A stretch of 56,130 bases of DNA from a virus (taxonomy: Duplodnaviria; Caudoviricetes): the IMG/VR virus record IMGVR_UViG_3300020165_000025, positions 1-56,130 of that record. One strand, given 5' to 3'. Under the pieces are notes generated by a model. That model was not told the origin of the DNA, did not search any database, and saw only the letters and a program-made list of their open reading frames with translations. Both the position numbers and the translations under genes were made by a program. This document shows positions 1 through 10,730 of the stretch, one piece after another (positions within the stretch are counted from its first letter, which is position 1; each line of letters opens with the position of its first letter).

Positions 1-3000
1 CCCTAAATTCCAAGGCTGAATGTATATTAGTTACTTGGTTACTAGCCCCATCACCAAGTATTTTTGATGTGAAGCTGTTTGCGTACTGATTGTTCAACCA
101 TGAGTTATCACTGGTTAAGTCTACTCTAAACTGATTGCCAGTACCTTCTGAGTCACAAGATTGTGTTTTATGAGCAGAGATGGATGAAAGCTCTAATTCT
201 TGACTACCGCTATTGAAAACAAAACTAGAGTCATCTGTTAGTAGACCGTCATTTCCGAAAAATGCAACCCCACTAACTGAACCGCTAACTTGCCCACTAT
301 CAACCGCAGAACCGTTGAACATCAAAGTCCCACCGTTGTTGTACAACTTATTGGACGTGTCCGTGGGGGTATGACTATAAAGCAACATACCACTTGCTTG
401 AACACCACTAGAACTTACAGTATTACTAAAGTCACCGTTAACCGCATATAAATTAGGCCATCTATTAGTGGTACGCCCCAAGTCTTGATTAGATATAGGT
501 CTGAGAGTTTTAAAGACGTCCACAAACGAGCTTGTCAACCGGAAAGCTTGACCCGTGTTGCAGTAAAAATTCATCGTGCCATCAGATACGTCTATGTATG
601 TGTCGTTCGACCCTCGAAGTCTAAGATACCCACCCGTATCCTGTGGAGATTTAAGCTCTCCTGCGATCAATGTCCCACTAACTGAAATGTCTCCGCTTGT
701 AGCGATACTACCGTCTGGAGCAACCTGTGCAATAACAACATCGTCACTAGCCTTCCATTCAGTTAGGTTCGCGGACTGTGCAGCTTGAGCATCTATGGTT
801 AGCGGAATATTAGTTGCTGTACTACCTTTAAGATTTGCATTGCTTGAATGTAAACTGCCCCAATAGTTAGAAGCACCACCAAGGGCAATTGATGTTGCAC
901 TTTGAGGCTTTAACGCGTTAGCACCATAAAATATGTAGCCACCAGTTTGACCAAATAAATAGGTAAACGCAGAATCACCCCTTACCCTTGTACTACCACC
1001 TCGCTGTAATTCTACAGAACCTTCTGCATTGACAGTTACGTTGCTTCCTAGAACTTTTGTTGGAACTGCACTTCCACCAAACACCAAATGATCATCATTA
1101 GCAGTAGAAGAAAACTTAAATATATTTTCAGCACCAGAACTTCCTTCGCCACTAGCGGTAATTTGAAATGCGTCTACATCCGTAGCACCAAGAGTTATAT
1201 TGTCTGTGTCGTTATCTCTAAGTCTTATGTAGTATGCACCACCAGAAAAATTGTCATCTTGAGTGATGGTAACTGGAAAATTTTCACTTCCCTTAGCTAT
1301 AGCTATACCTTTGTCAGCGTTAGGTATTAGCGTTCCACCGTCAACTAAAATTCCAGAGGAATAAGTTCCCACACCAGAAGCATAAGCGGCTATCCCAGAA
1401 ACATAAATTAAATCTTCTTCACTAGCTCCAGAGTCGTTAGCGGATATAGTTATGGTATCTGTGGAGGCTGAAGTTGTTATTGTTATATTAGAACCTTCAG
1501 CAAGAGTTAATGAGTCAGAGTTTGAATCTGCGTCAATGTGGTCTTGACCCGCTACAGAGACTCTACTAAATATGCCTAAATTATTTATTGAGTCTGTTAG
1601 TGTAGTAGCTATGCTAGCGTCGTCATTTAATGCTGCGGCTATCTCATTTAGAGTGTTTAGGGTGTCTGGAGCACTATCAACAAGTAGTGCTATTTGAACA
1701 TCTGTATAGCCTACGTTGTATCCTGAAACAGCGGCTATAGCTGTACTAGCTAAACCAGACACGTGCGCACCACTAGCGTAAATTTCATCAAGCAGGAAGT
1801 TTCCAGAACTATGAATTAGGTTTGTGTTCTGAGTTATCAAGCCTCCACTGGCAGCAGGCACTCCCCCAGCTATACCAGAAACAACCAACAAGTCTGCCGC
1901 ATTTGCAGCTCCGCTCGCTGAGTTAGCCAAGATTTCAGTAAGTATGAAATCTCCTGAGCTATGAGGCAGAGCGTCTATGCTAGCATTTGTTAAGCCTGAA
2001 ACAAAAAGTATATCGCTAGCATTTTGAGTTATCTGTGGTTCTAAAAATCCACTCAAAGCAGTAGATGTGTGATCTTGACTATCTACGTAATATCTAGCCC
2101 AACCACTTATTGAAACACCGCTGGTGTGTAAATTTGATATATTAGTGAGAACATTATTCCCTGAAGCTATTAAATCTCCAGTTGATTGTATTGTGTTTGC
2201 AACAATACTTCCATCACTCTCGACTCTAGCTAGAGAACTGTTTGAGCTACTTATCCACTCTTGTAAAGGTGCTGCCTGCGCTACCGCCCCCTTTACTGTG
2301 AAGACTGAATTCGCAGTAGAGAAAGAGTTTATTTGAACACCTGTACTACTGTAAGCTGTAAGTATGGTGTTGCCTTTATTCTTTACATTAAAGCCTCCTC
2401 CATGGGATAGGTTTATGCTATTCAAGGAATTTGAGTAAAGACCTATACTTCCATCTTCAGCATAAACATAAGCATACGTAGGAGGATCTCCAGAGTTGTC
2501 TGGCGAGTTCTTGAGTCCAAGTTTCCAGCCCGGAGATATAGATCCGTCATGGTATAAAGATATTGTTTTGTCTTGACCATTGTCTACGTAAGCATGGAAG
2601 AAGTTTCCTGCGCTATCTCGTCTTAGTGTTAGTAAACCGCTAACACCTAAATTTCCACTGTCTGCTGTAACAAGACCGTCTATGTTTAACGAATCTATGG
2701 CTAACGATGTAATAGGTATGTTTAGCTCATCATTTTCGTCCAGAAACACCGCTTTGCTAGCAGGGTATGTGCAGAAAACAATAGATAGTCCGCTTAGGTC
2801 AACTTTTGCGCCACCGTTTGAGCTGTCTAGAACAGTGTCTCTGGAGAGTGAATTATCAGACTCTGTGTAAGTACCTATACCTACTTCAAATTTAGACTCA
2901 TTTTCTATGACATAGTAAGTTGTGTTTCCATCGCCTATACCGTCTAGGAAACTCTGAAATCCACCAAAAGAGCCAGTAAGAGTAATAGTACCCGTACCGT

Positions 3001-3046
3001 TAGTTATTGATGTTTCTTTTACTCTGTCGGTTAGAACCAAAGACAT
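1..3046 (-). CDS. Tail fibre-like structural protein (runs off the window edge; absent from the ORF track)
   Basis: ATG at 3046 after a purine-rich RBS. Translates MSLVLTDRVKETSITNGTGTITL... and contains LVDSAPDTLNTLNEIAAALNDD, a motif typical of phage tail fibres. No stop seen in the stretches translated. Confidence 0.75.
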   Translation of the reverse strand, partial: MSLVLTDRVKETSITNGTGTITLTGSFGGFQSFLDGIGDGNTTYYVIENESKFEVGIGTYTESDNSLSRDTVLDSSNGGAKVDLSGLSIVFCTYPASKAVFLDENDELNIPITSLAIDSLNIDGLVTADSGNLGVSGLLTLRRDSAGNFFHAYVDNGQDKTISLYHDGSISPGWKLGLKNSPDNSGDPPTYAYVYAEDGSIGLYSNSLNSINLSHGGGFNVKNKGNTILTAYSSTGVQINSFSTANSVFTVKGAVAQAAPLQEWISSSNSSLARVESDGSIVANTIQSTGDLIASGNNVLTNISNLHTSGVSISGWARYYVDSQDHTSTALSGFLEPQITQNASDILFVSGLTNASIDALPHSSGDFILTEILANSASGAANAADLLVVSGIAGGVPAASGGLITQNTNLIHSSGNFLLDEIYASGAHVSGLASTAIAAVSGYNVGYTDVQIALLVDSAPDTLNTLNEIAAALNDDASIATTLTDSINNLGIFSRVSVAGQDHIDADSNSDSLTLAEGSNITITTSASTDTITISANDSGASEEDLIYVSGIAAYASGVGTYSSGILVDGGTLIPNADKGIAIAKGSENFPVTITQDDNFSGGAYYIRLRDNDTDNITLGATDVDAFQITASGEGSSGAENIFKFSSTANDDHLVFGGSAVPTKVLGSNVTVNAEGSVELQRGGSTRVRGDSAFTYLFGQTGGYIFYGANALKPQSATSIALGGASNYWGSLHSSNANLKGSTATNIPLTIDAQAAQSANLTEWKASDDVVIAQVAPDGSIATSGDISVSGTLIAGELKSPQDTGGYLRLRGSNDTYIDVSDGTMNFYCNTGQAFRLTSSFVDVFKTLRPISNQDLGRTTNRWPNLYAVNGDFSNTVSSSGVQASGMLLYSHTPTDTSNKLYNNGGTLMFNGSAVDSGQVSGSVSGVAFFGNDGLLTDDSSFVFNSGSQELELSSISAHKTQSCDSEGTGNQFRVDLTSDNSWLNNQYANSFTSKILGDGASNQVTNIHSALEFR

Positions 3047-3069
3047 CTTTTTACCCCATTCTTACTGTA

Positions 3070-4230
3070 TTATTGTTTTTTTGTTTTGCAGCAAGGTCTT
3101 TTTGAAAGATCTTGGATTTGCTTCTCTAATTTTTTTATAGTTTCAATAAGCTCTTCGTCTCGTTGGGTTCCTGTTGGTTGAGACTGTTTTTCACTAAGGA
3201 TGTTAGACGTTTCGAGACTGATCAAATCCCAAGTTTTTGCTTCAACTTTTAATCCTTCTACAAAATGTTTTCTTAAGGGTGTTTTGTCTAACCCTAATTC
3301 TTCGAACTCTAACATGTAATTTTTTAACTTTTGATTTGTTGAGATGGGGTACTGAATCCCCTGCGGCCTGCCAAATCTATGTATCCATTTTAAGAACGGT
3401 AGGCAAACCGTCTTTCTTCCTGCCATTCTGTATTTTTCGTGGATATAACACTCTTCACCACCAAACCCTGATGCGTGACTATTGAATTTTAGCCATGAGT
3501 TTTTTCTTGTAAGAAACACGCCGAGACCTTGTGCAAAAATTTCAAACGGCTTTTCTTTTTCTTCAAACCCACTTCTGTTGTACCCCTCTTCTTTTAATCT
3601 AGATGAAACGCCGTTATAATCCCCGTGAGGAAACTCTTTGTCGCAGTATTCGCATTTTGTTATTTTCTTTGCGTCTGACAACCGCCTGAACACTACTTTG
3701 TTGTCTTCACCTTTAGTAAATGAAAAGTGAAACGAATCACATATACAATTCCAAGCCTGCCCCCATCTACCCCACATTCCTGACCCCCATTCATCATTAA
3801 AATGAGTGTATATATCTGAGAATGAGTTTAAAACCATTGGGCCGCTAAATAAATCCTCTGACTTGTCATTGTGAGTTATGAAAGTTATTAACCTATCTAA
3901 CGTTGATACCGTTGGGCATAACATAACATGACAATCCATTACTAACACATAGTTAGTCATGGCTTCTTCTATAATTTTATTCCTAGAAGGAGATGTTCCT
4001 ACCTTGTCTGAATCTATGACTTTAACTAAATTTCCTAGTCCTCTAGCGAAATTTTTCACCGCTTTTGCATGTTCGTCTTTAGGATTATTTTCTATAATCA
4101 AAAATTGAATTTGCGAGAGTAAGTCTCTTCTTCTGTTGTATATAAGCTCTTTTACAATATCTTGAATAGTAAAAAATACCCCGTCGAAGTCAGAGTAGTG
4201 AGCCATTCCTATAGTTAGTTTTTTGTCCAT
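3070..4230 (-). CDS. GT-A fold (family 2-like) glycosyltransferase
   Basis: N-terminal LTIGM..Y, IIENNP, SRNKII, VLVMDCH (DxD-like) and GFGGEE motifs. Confidence 0.75.
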   Translation of the reverse strand: MDKKLTIGMAHYSDFDGVFFTIQDIVKELIYNRRRDLLSQIQFLIIENNPKDEHAKAVKNFARGLGNLVKVIDSDKVGTSPSRNKIIEEAMTNYVLVMDCHVMLCPTVSTLDRLITFITHNDKSEDLFSGPMVLNSFSDIYTHFNDEWGSGMWGRWGQAWNCICDSFHFSFTKGEDNKVVFRRLSDAKKITKCEYCDKEFPHGDYNGVSSRLKEEGYNRSGFEEKEKPFEIFAQGLGVFLTRKNSWLKFNSHASGFGGEECYIHEKYRMAGRKTVCLPFLKWIHRFGRPQGIQYPISTNQKLKNYMLEFEELGLDKTPLRKHFVEGLKVEAKTWDLISLETSNILSEKQSQPTGTQRDEELIETIKKLEKQIQDLSKRPCCKTKKQ

Positions 4231-4262
4231 TTTTCCTCCTAGTTTCCTTGAAATATCAATTT

Positions 4263-4271
4263 ATTATACAC
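4263..4271 (-). promoter_or_regulatory. Putative late promoter GTGTATAAT
   Basis: Recurrent motif upstream of late genes, without a TTGACA. Confidence 0.6.
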
Positions 4272-4278
4272 ATTATGG

Positions 4279-6384
4279 TCAGAATCCTCCTTCTTGCGGA
4301 TCGTCCGGATTGTCATCTGGTGGCACTAAAGTGGTAACCTCTGGCTGGGTAGTGGTGGATGGAGGATCGCAGTCTCCTACGCAACTACAATCTTCACAGC
4401 TAAAAGTACAGTCAGGATTGCTTATTCCACAATCGGCAATTGGCGCATCAGGCTGGTCGCAACACTGCTGGAAATTACACGCACAGTTACCTGCGCAGCA
4501 AGGGCATGATGTGTCTGACGCTTGCGCTGTTACAGTCCAAGCGGGTGGTGCATCACAAGACCCTGTTGCATTTGGATTGTCAGCACTGTTATCCGTGTAG
4601 TCAACTTGACAGGTGTTCATGTCAAGACTCCATCTATCTGGATCATTAGCCTCTTTATCAGCGTTACACGTTACTGTTCCAGACCAAGTGTCTCCACATC
4701 CAAGGGTTCCATTTGCAGTATACGTGTGTGAGCCTGTACATTTATTGTCTCCCCCAACTCTTGTCGCTGTTGCAGAGCCTGTATCAGAATAAACGCAGTC
4801 GCCAACTATATTGACGCTGGCCGCAACTGTTATACTGTCTGGACAGCAGCAGTTTTCAGGCGGCTGTGTCGAAGTGGTTGTTGTGGGTTCGACTGTTGTA
4901 GGTTCAGCGGTTGTTGAACCTCCAGAATTTAAACATTGGCTATCAAGTGTCTGACCAAACTCCGCAGGTGTACAAGGAGTTCCAATTGTAATATCTTCGC
5001 CTCCTGATCGATATATACAATCGCACCCATTAGGGCATTGATCGCTACCAATGTTGTAGCCCCAAGATTGTCCATCGCAGTACAGCTCACACGGCGATCC
5101 GCAAGGGTCTTCAGTCGTTGTAGGCTGAACGGTGGTCGTGGGTGCATCTGGATCAACGGTGGTCGTGGGTGCATCTGGATCAACGGTGGTCGTGGGTGCA
5201 TCTGGATCAACGGTGGTCGTGGGTGCATCTGGATCAACGGTGGTTGTAGGCTCGGCAGTAGTTGTAGGCTCTTCACTCGGGTTGTAGCCTTCTGGACAGC
5301 AGCAGCAGCATCCAACAGGATCGTTGCAAAAAACCTCAACTATACTGCCATCAATCACGCTGACACATTCTAATCTTTCACCGACCGTTTGTATCATTTT
5401 ACACCCACCAACAGGTGTGCATGGCTGACCAGTAATACTATCTGTTCCGCAGTTTGAAAGTGGGCCAGTTCTGCATGATGGACAGTTGGGAGGAGATAAG
5501 GTAGTGCCCGGAGGATCTGTACTTGGAGGATCTGTGCTTGGGGAAACCGTGGTCGTTGGCGAAGACTCACAATCAACAAGATCGCAAGTTTTACCCGGAT
5601 GAAAAACTGACTCAGAATTTTGGCATAACGTTATGTCTACTTCAGAGCACACTACAGCTCCAGTTAACAGGTCGGATGTGCAACAAGCGCCTGTGCATGG
5701 ATTATTTGGAATCTCAGAACATGGGGATGATAAGCATACGCCACCTAAAAGTACGCATGTAGGGCAATCAAAATTGTCACTACAGAAACCATTGATGCAG
5801 CAACCATTGTTTGGAGGGGCAGTTGTGAACTCGTCTTGCGGGCAAAATTGACTATTGTTATTGCAATCAAAGTAAGGAAAAAAATGATCTTCCTCAAAGC
5901 AGTCGCTCGAAGCTTCACAACTTTCTTTGCTTACCGGAGATACGCAGGTGTAATATTTACCTTCAGGAGTTTGGCGGCATATGCAGCACATGCCGAGCGG
6001 ATCTGGGTCTACGGTTGTTGAGTCTGTACAGTTTTCATTACAGTCTGCATCACTAGAATACACAACGGTTACGTTAGTGGTTGTAAATCCCGCAGCTATA
6101 CAATCCTGCACCCTTTCTTGTGGATGCCCATCGTCTGGTATACAACCCAGTTTAGTTACTGTTCCTAGAAACGAGTTTCTTTCCATGCAGCAGACAGTAT
6201 CTTGCTCGTTTGGACAAGTTATCTGAGAGCAATTCTGGTTAGGGTAGAAGTTAGAACATTCTCGGGATAGACAATCTCCTGCCGCTACGTTGTTTTCGCA
6301 CTGATTTGAAGAACAACCATAACAACAAGCCCCTCTGGGTGATGGTGGAGGCGTTCCCCCTTCACATTGACAACACTGTGTCAT
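4279..6384 (-). CDS. Cys/Thr-rich 701-aa protein with mucin-like PTTT repeats, probably virion-associated
   Basis: Many CC/GACC modules and PTTTVDPDA x4; AGGAG RBS; lies in the structural operon. Confidence 0.7.
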   Translation of the reverse strand: MTQCCQCEGGTPPPSPRGACCYGCSSNQCENNVAAGDCLSRECSNFYPNQNCSQITCPNEQDTVCCMERNSFLGTVTKLGCIPDDGHPQERVQDCIAAGFTTTNVTVVYSSDADCNENCTDSTTVDPDPLGMCCICRQTPEGKYYTCVSPVSKESCEASSDCFEEDHFFPYFDCNNNSQFCPQDEFTTAPPNNGCCINGFCSDNFDCPTCVLLGGVCLSSPCSEIPNNPCTGACCTSDLLTGAVVCSEVDITLCQNSESVFHPGKTCDLVDCESSPTTTVSPSTDPPSTDPPGTTLSPPNCPSCRTGPLSNCGTDSITGQPCTPVGGCKMIQTVGERLECVSVIDGSIVEVFCNDPVGCCCCCPEGYNPSEEPTTTAEPTTTVDPDAPTTTVDPDAPTTTVDPDAPTTTVDPDAPTTTVQPTTTEDPCGSPCELYCDGQSWGYNIGSDQCPNGCDCIYRSGGEDITIGTPCTPAEFGQTLDSQCLNSGGSTTAEPTTVEPTTTTSTQPPENCCCPDSITVAASVNIVGDCVYSDTGSATATRVGGDNKCTGSHTYTANGTLGCGDTWSGTVTCNADKEANDPDRWSLDMNTCQVDYTDNSADNPNATGSCDAPPAWTVTAQASDTSCPCCAGNCACNFQQCCDQPDAPIADCGISNPDCTFSCEDCSCVGDCDPPSTTTQPEVTTLVPPDDNPDDPQEGGF
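5128..5244. repeat. Perfect 27-bp tandem repeat, about 4.3 copies, encoding PTTTVDPDA
   Basis: aacggtggtcgtgggtgcatctggatc at 5128, 5155, 5182, 5209. Confidence 0.95.
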
Positions 6385-6402
6385 TACAAACTCCTAATGT
6401 TG

Positions 6403-9042
6403 TTAAGATCCGGAACAGCTTATATAGACTGGCCTATTCTCTCCGTTGACCCTATTTGTTACTACAAAGGCAGCTCCACCGATAGCTCCCTCACCATGAA
6501 TATTTAATTTAGGATCTCTATTTGTTACCCATATCAGACTGTCGGTAGAAAATCCATTATCGTAAGTTCTTGTTCTCATTAGGCCGCTGGTTGGCGCGGT
6601 ATAGCTACTTGGGGCGTATATGTAATCAACCATAAACCCTTCGTATTGGCCGAACCAAGCTTCTGTTCCTTGCTCATCTCTTCTTATGTAGTCTCCTGAT
6701 GCTGTCGTCCTAGCGACAATCAAATCATTATCAGCCCACGTTTGAACATCTTCAGAGTCACTGTGACCATTTAGTTCTGTGTCTCTTCTTACTTCCAGCG
6801 GTGCTTGCGGAGAAAGTCTAGCGTCTCCTATTGAGATCATTCTTTTTCCGTGGTCACCAGCTATAACATTTTGTATATTAATCCTTGAGTTTAAATTACC
6901 ACTACCATAGAACAATCTTTGATTACTATCTAGCCCTGTTACAATTTCTATATTATTGTTTCCGTACAGAGAATCGTGGCCCGGTGTGTCTTCTCCATCA
7001 AGCGCGTGTTCTCCTATACCCAAGCAGTTTCTATTGCCGGAAGCATTGAGTCCTGCGCTAGAGCCAATGAATATGGAGCTAGAAGAGTTGTCTGCATTTT
7101 TACCCGCATTTGTTCCGATGAAGATTGAGTTTTCTAAAGAATCTGCGTCGTATCCTGCTCGGTAACCTATAAATACTGGGGCTGTGTCTGTTAGCAGACT
7201 TGTATTCGGAGTCGTACTGTGTGCTCCGGCTTCTTGCCCTAAGAAAACTCCGTTTTTCCATCCGGTTGCCCCTACGCCTACTCCACACCCAACAAAAACC
7301 ATTCCCGAGTTATTTATTGTATCTATGTTCATTTCGGAGGTTACATCTGCAAACAGCATGTTGCAGTTGTCAGCAACACCTGCGTAACCACTTCCAATAT
7401 AAGCAGCAAGAGAATCTACACTAATTTTACCAACAAATCTACTACTTCCCGAGGGTACTTCCAGTGGCAGGTAACTATAGGTCGTGTCTATTTGAGGTGT
7501 AAGGGAAGCTGCCATAGACAGGTCTTGATAGTCTAGCACGAAATCGGTTTGTGAAGCAGCGATTTTTTTCGCGACACCTGATGTAGCTGTTATGTTAATA
7601 TCTTGTGAAGAGCTTATAGACGTGCCGTTTGCAAACCTAATTGAGCCTAGCAGTCTAATGTCTCCACTTACAGCGATGTAGGGAGTTGAATACTGAGGTA
7701 AATTCCAGATGGGCGAAGACACGGGAATGTCACCGCTAGGAACAAAGTCTACAAGAGTTTGTTTTTGTCCAAATCTATTCTCAAACCTTAAAGATGCCAT
7801 CCCTCTATGTTGTATTGAAGAGGATTTATCTCTGAAGGTAATTTGACCAACATTGGTTGTTCCTATATCAAACGTGGCTTCTTCTGACTCTGTTAAAGCT
7901 ACGTGAAAAGAATTGTTTGCGCTGTCAACCCTTAGTTGGGCAGGGTAGTTTGCTACAGATTTTACGGCCAAGAATCTGTTAGAAGCTATTGATCCTCCGA
8001 GACCAGCTCTAATTACAGGATCATCGCCATAACCTATGAGCATACTGTAGTCATTATCTACCGCATCAGATTCGAAGTCTTTACCTATCAATACTAAGTT
8101 ATTAAATGCTTCACCCTGATGATTAGCTTCTCCTACTTCTGGCACTATAATATTTGTACCAATTATAATGGAGTTGCTAGAGTTACGGTGCGTGAGATTG
8201 TTTGCTCCAACAATCACGTTGTTGCCACCAGTTTTTAATCCGCTACCGGCACTGTATCCAACCAGAGTATTACTATCGCCTGTTGTTAAGCCCCAACCAC
8301 CAGCATAACCATATATAGTATTGTAATATAAACTTGTGTTTTCCGAGCATAACCATTCGGATAGTGGGGCAAATCTACCTGCGTATGTGTTAAATCTATT
8401 ATCTGTCTCAACAAGACCAGTCGGATGTGAAAGATTGTATTCGTTGTTAGCATCGTCCAAGAAGAAAAAACTTTGCCTTCCTTGGCAGTTATCATCTGCC
8501 TTGACATATATTTTACCAAACTCAAACGTACTTACGGGTCTTGTGGACTGCTCTTTTATTGCAATCGTTCCACTGTTGGTCGTACCCTCATGATAAATAG
8601 TTAGAGGCGAATTTGGAGTGAAAGTTCTAGATGATTTAAGCTTTGTTGTTCCTAGACCGATAAAATTATTACTGGTAACAGATAAGAATCCAGAGCCTAT
8701 GCCCTCGCAACCGCTAGGTTTTATTGTAGAAAAATCTACATAGCCAACCGCTGGAGAGTAAGACATTTCTACTCCAGAAGCTCTAGTGTTGCCATTAGCT
8801 AAAATTTGCAAAGAGCTAGTATTTACATCAACACTAGCAAACCTAACAACGGAATCCCCAGTTGTTTGAACATTGAAGATCGTTTCTGGCAGTATTGGAT
8901 GATCGTTTTCCGCTCGCTTAATATTTGTTATGCCTACTAAGCCGGATTGAGAAGCTGTAGTGAACCCATTTCTTACAACCGTCAGAGCTTCAAGCTCATG
9001 GGTTTGACCATCATGTACGTGTAGTGAAAATCTATCTTTCAT
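6403..9042 (-). CDS. Tail fibre/adhesin-like protein with beta-roll type (NxxxGxxAG) repeats
   Basis: Repeated NTIYGYAGG, NTLVGYSAG, SIFIGTNAG, SIFIGSSAG. Confidence 0.65.
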   Translation of the reverse strand: MKDRFSLHVHDGQTHELEALTVVRNGFTTASQSGLVGITNIKRAENDHPILPETIFNVQTTGDSVVRFASVDVNTSSLQILANGNTRASGVEMSYSPAVGYVDFSTIKPSGCEGIGSGFLSVTSNNFIGLGTTKLKSSRTFTPNSPLTIYHEGTTNSGTIAIKEQSTRPVSTFEFGKIYVKADDNCQGRQSFFFLDDANNEYNLSHPTGLVETDNRFNTYAGRFAPLSEWLCSENTSLYYNTIYGYAGGWGLTTGDSNTLVGYSAGSGLKTGGNNVIVGANNLTHRNSSNSIIIGTNIIVPEVGEANHQGEAFNNLVLIGKDFESDAVDNDYSMLIGYGDDPVIRAGLGGSIASNRFLAVKSVANYPAQLRVDSANNSFHVALTESEEATFDIGTTNVGQITFRDKSSSIQHRGMASLRFENRFGQKQTLVDFVPSGDIPVSSPIWNLPQYSTPYIAVSGDIRLLGSIRFANGTSISSSQDINITATSGVAKKIAASQTDFVLDYQDLSMAASLTPQIDTTYSYLPLEVPSGSSRFVGKISVDSLAAYIGSGYAGVADNCNMLFADVTSEMNIDTINNSGMVFVGCGVGVGATGWKNGVFLGQEAGAHSTTPNTSLLTDTAPVFIGYRAGYDADSLENSIFIGTNAGKNADNSSSSIFIGSSAGLNASGNRNCLGIGEHALDGEDTPGHDSLYGNNNIEIVTGLDSNQRLFYGSGNLNSRINIQNVIAGDHGKRMISIGDARLSPQAPLEVRRDTELNGHSDSEDVQTWADNDLIVARTTASGDYIRRDEQGTEAWFGQYEGFMVDYIYAPSSYTAPTSGLMRTRTYDNGFSTDSLIWVTNRDPKLNIHGEGAIGGAAFVVTNRVNGENRPVYISCSGS

Positions 9043-9071
9043 CTAATATACCTTTTTATTATTATCCTAAT

Positions 9072-10709
9072 TTATGGCGAGGGGTTAACAACGTGTGGAG
9101 AACCAAGACCGTCACAATTATTAGCTTGCTGATCCATTTCGTCGTGATAAACCCAGCTAAACCCCTTTAAGGAATCACAGCTTTTAATTCTTGTAGCAAA
9201 CTGGGTTGAGATTTTAACTCCTGAGTCGACACTACCAAAGAGAGCGGAAACATCATGGCCGCTTGGGTTGCCGTCAATCAAGTAGTCTCCTGAAGCAGAG
9301 ACAAAATTAAAGTCTTTGTAGCAATAGTCGCTGTCGGTTACTTCTATTGGGCCGAAATTTACAGAGTTGCCGGAAGTCTCGTGGTCAGTTCTAAGTCCAA
9401 TCCCAAAACATCCACTCTGTGTAACTAAAGATAGCCTATCCCTTGGCCCCAAAACTCTTTCTGTTTGTACATGTCTTCCAGAAACAACTTCTAAAGATAT
9501 GTTAGATTGCCAACGTGCTCTCGCGTAATGGTCATCTACCTCCAATGCACAAGAGTTTATTGTTGTGTCCGGATGTCTGAATAAGAACTTATAGTCTCTT
9601 TGATAGTCTGCACCACTAGAATGAATTTCAAATCCACCACCATCTATAGCTTCATCACTAAGAAATCCGCAAAGAGCGTCGTTGTGGAAGCCTAAATCTT
9701 CTGAGTCGCAAAATCCGCTGGTTGCTAAGTGTAATGTTTTACAGTCGTATAAGCACTCATTAATATGATTATAGTTAACATCGTTAGCGTGTAATTGTCC
9801 GCTAATTACTACGTCATTAAACCATCCATCGAACTTCAAATCTCTATGGCCTATAGACCATATTGAATCTTGATTTGGAACTATGTGACCATTTACTGTA
9901 AGCAACCCTTCATCACCAGATGGTGCGTTTGTGTTAAGGCCAATTTTGCCGCCAGAGAAGTGTACGACTTCATTTACAGAAGCCCAAGGATATTCATGTG
10001 TTCCTATATTTCCATAGCTACTTATTAGTGGGGTAATATCTCCAGAGACTTGTAAGGTTCCACCATCTGAGTTAGTAGTAGGAACCGCGACTCCTAATCT
10101 AAGGTTGTCCAATTCTCCATACATCAAAGGGTTTTTATTACCAGTTAATGATATGTCGCAAGTGTGATCTTGATCAAACCCCGGATATGAGCCTAGAAAA
10201 AATCTGTTATTTTCATTGCCTGAAGCATAAAATGCAGCACCATGGCCTATCGCTATGTTAAAGTCGCCATGCTTATTAGTCATAAAGGCAAAGTTTCCTA
10301 TGCCCACATTGCCCGACCCGTTAACATTTCCTGCTAAAGTGTTATAGCCAACTCCTACATTATGCGTACCCTGAAGGTTACAACCAAGGGCGTAAGATCC
10401 AACGGCGGTATTGCCACTGCTTGAATAGTTGGCTCCTAAAGCATAATATCCAAAGGCTGTATTGTCAACACTTAACCTATTTGCTAAGTGTATTTTTCCT
10501 AAAGCCTCGTCTCCACCTCTGGTTGTTCTAAAGTCTGGTGAAGCAAAATTGCTACTTATTATTTTGTTTCCATCCAAGAAAAGATGAACAGAATCTATAA
10601 GGTCTACTAAGCTCTCTCTAAGATCTTCTGGGGAAATCTGTTGAGTAGAGTTATCAGGTAGCAAACCTTGAATTTTTGTTAGATACTCCGACTTGGATAA
10701 AACAGTCAT
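9072..10709 (-). CDS. Tail fibre/adhesin-like protein with NTAxGxxAL repeats
   Basis: NTAFGYYAL, NTAVGSYAL, NVGVGYNTL, NIAIGHGAA. Confidence 0.65.
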   Translation of the reverse strand: MTVLSKSEYLTKIQGLLPDNSTQQISPEDLRESLVDLIDSVHLFLDGNKIISSNFASPDFRTTRGGDEALGKIHLANRLSVDNTAFGYYALGANYSSSGNTAVGSYALGCNLQGTHNVGVGYNTLAGNVNGSGNVGIGNFAFMTNKHGDFNIAIGHGAAFYASGNENNRFFLGSYPGFDQDHTCDISLTGNKNPLMYGELDNLRLGVAVPTTNSDGGTLQVSGDITPLISSYGNIGTHEYPWASVNEVVHFSGGKIGLNTNAPSGDEGLLTVNGHIVPNQDSIWSIGHRDLKFDGWFNDVVISGQLHANDVNYNHINECLYDCKTLHLATSGFCDSEDLGFHNDALCGFLSDEAIDGGGFEIHSSGADYQRDYKFLFRHPDTTINSCALEVDDHYARARWQSNISLEVVSGRHVQTERVLGPRDRLSLVTQSGCFGIGLRTDHETSGNSVNFGPIEVTDSDYCYKDFNFVSASGDYLIDGNPSGHDVSALFGSVDSGVKISTQFATRIKSCDSLKGFSWVYHDEMDQQANNCDGLGSPHVVNPSP

Positions 10710-10730
10710 TTAAATAACCTTTGTTAAATT

